This document shows, piece after piece, positions 62,256-64,000 of a stretch of 64,000 nt of DNA. The notes under the pieces were generated by a model. The model was not told the origin of the DNA. It searched no databases and saw nothing but the letters and a program-made list of their open reading frames with translations. This DNA is from Marsupella aquatica (taxonomy: Eukaryota; Plantae; Marchantiophyta). How positions within the stretch are numbered: the stretch's first letter is position 1; the number at the start of each line of letters is the position of its first letter. The stretch is from assembly GCA_973895155.1 (NCBI GenBank), contig OZ316892.1:17226357-17290356 (forward strand), written 5' to 3'. Made by a program: the position numbers and the translations under genes.

Positions 62256-63412
62256 TGAAGGGATATTTTGGAAAGCATCCACGGACCCGTTTACAGGAAC
62301 GTTGGTGAAAACTGAGTCGTTCGTTGTTGAGAGCTACGTACAGACAAGGGTCAGAAGGATTGCAGTCAAGGGTGTATGGAAAGATTGGTCTCGTTTACCT
62401 GTAAGTGGAGATTTGTCCCCAGGCACACGTACGGCGTGGTTTAAAGCGTCATTCCTTGTGTCGAAGAGCAGCACGGGACATATCATTCCGCTCGTGACGA
62501 GAGTTTTGTGCAACCTGACGATGTACATATCCCGATAGGACTTTTAGTGTCGACCACCAGACAATTCTACCTCTCTGACGGACGCAACCCTGTATTTTTT
62601 TTGTGTTGGTATGGCTGGTTACTGTGATTTTAGACAAGTCAATGATACTCCTTGCAGATAAATTATGAGGCGGAAAGAGGTATTCATGCCGGAGGAAAAG
62701 GGAGTTTTCTCAGTTAACTTTTTCAGAGTATAATTGGGTAGTTCTTGCAGGCACTTATAATGTAAGTAGTGTTTGGGTGCGCGATTTGCAACTACATCTC
62801 TATGTCGTGTAGTTCGGAGTGGTGAGCTTCATCGTCTCCGCTGCTGGGCTCGCTTGTTTCTTTTCAAGGTCAGATTAATTATGGTAGTCGGGAACGATTT
62901 GTTGATGTATAAAACGATGCCTATCCGGAAGAGTCAGACGTGCAAGATTGAATACGAGCCATTCTTTTTGTGATGTGAAATGTTACCACACACGTTTCCA
63001 TCCTCTGTTGCTATTTGTCTGAGCTGGTTCGGCATGCTGTGGAGTCTCATTCTACAACGATCATGCATCAATGGACTTCTGATTCTTTCTTATCCATGTT
63101 GCGTTTATTAATGTAGTACCACTATCGTTGCAATCTCAACAACCACATCCTGGTAAGTCATGAACCCAGCTCGAGAGGCTGGTGGTGGGGCAGGATGTCC
63201 ATTACCTGATCCTCTCGTAGACTGAAGGATTGTTCATTCGTGTCTGCGTTTGAAGTGACAAACAATTGTTGTTGAATTGTGACGGGAAAAAGCAAAGAGG
63301 AAAGTCTGGTACTGCACTTGAGTAGTGAACCCATTTCGGTTCTAGCTTCGAGGACTGAAATGCCTCCCCATTGCTTTCTGTGTTAAACTTGCTTTCTACT
63401 TCCGAAATCAAC

Positions 63413-63439
63413 GATGCAGATGCAGATGCAGATGCAGAT
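63413..63439. repeat. (GATGCA)n microsatellite
   Basis: gatgcagatgcagatgcagatgcagat. Confidence 0.9.
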
Positions 63440-64000
63440 TCAGAGACTCAGAAACAGACAATATTCCTGAAGTACTTTTCACTTGGTTGTTGTGCAATGT
63501 TTGATTGAAGAGTGTACAGCTCTGCGGTTCACTGGGCAGTGCTTTATCATACAGAAATCGCAGCATCACTCTTTGACCCGAGTGCATTAAATTGATTGGG
63601 ATGTTTCTGGTACTGCATGTCCAGTTTCTGACCTGAATAAAATCGTTTGGGATGTTCCTGGATGGAATGTCTGGTCTGTTTCCGGGCATCTGAAACCGGC
63701 ACTTCTGTATTGATCAGGAGAATCTGTGCAATAATAGTGTGACTTTAGTTCGTTGTTATGAATCCCACTAAGGATAAGAGGTGCGAATGGCTTCCTTTTG
63801 CAACATTGTGCTGAGCTGGAAGTCACCCCAAGTGCTTTATAAAGTAAGGTACAATTGCTTTTTATCACTGGGATGGAGCACCACTGCTGAAACCATGACA
63901 GATGGTTTGGATCATCCGACGGGAAGACTGAGCTTAGCTTTGATAGTATGTGTGCGACAAGCCTACAGTCACTTTATACCTTCACTTAATACCTTTTTTA

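Noticed and set aside
60723-62278. Antisense ORFs over the PP2C (also over RPL18, GRIP exon 1 and Copia pol)
   Set aside because: These are shadow frames of real coding sequence.

Overview
Eukaryotic nuclear DNA from a land plant: spliceosomal introns, plant-type genes and a Ty1/Copia element. A seed-free plant such as a bryophyte is my guess and is unverified. Six host genes can be supported: the 3' part of DIM1/YLS8 (+), an intronless mitochondrial-type uL18 (-), a GRIP-domain golgin of about 27 exons (-), a four-exon glycine-rich TGD5 homolog absent from the ORF track (+), an eight-exon TBC/RabGAP (-) and an intronless MGC-type PP2C (+). The intergenic DNA is dense with transposons. It holds a full-length but decayed Copia element (LTRs, PBS, PPT, 5-bp TSD), LTR remnants, three related ~300-bp MITEs with CT(C/T)GGGGG ends and 8-bp TSDs, a 1.05-kb TIR element with an AAT TSD and internal 72-bp array, a long-TIR MULE, non-autonomous Helitron(s) and several tandem arrays. 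The most unusual signal is a decayed frame at about 22.9-23.7 kb carrying DUF3504/Crypton-type tyrosine recombinase motifs, a transposon class classically described outside land plants. All protein family calls rest on motifs recognised by eye; no database searches were run.
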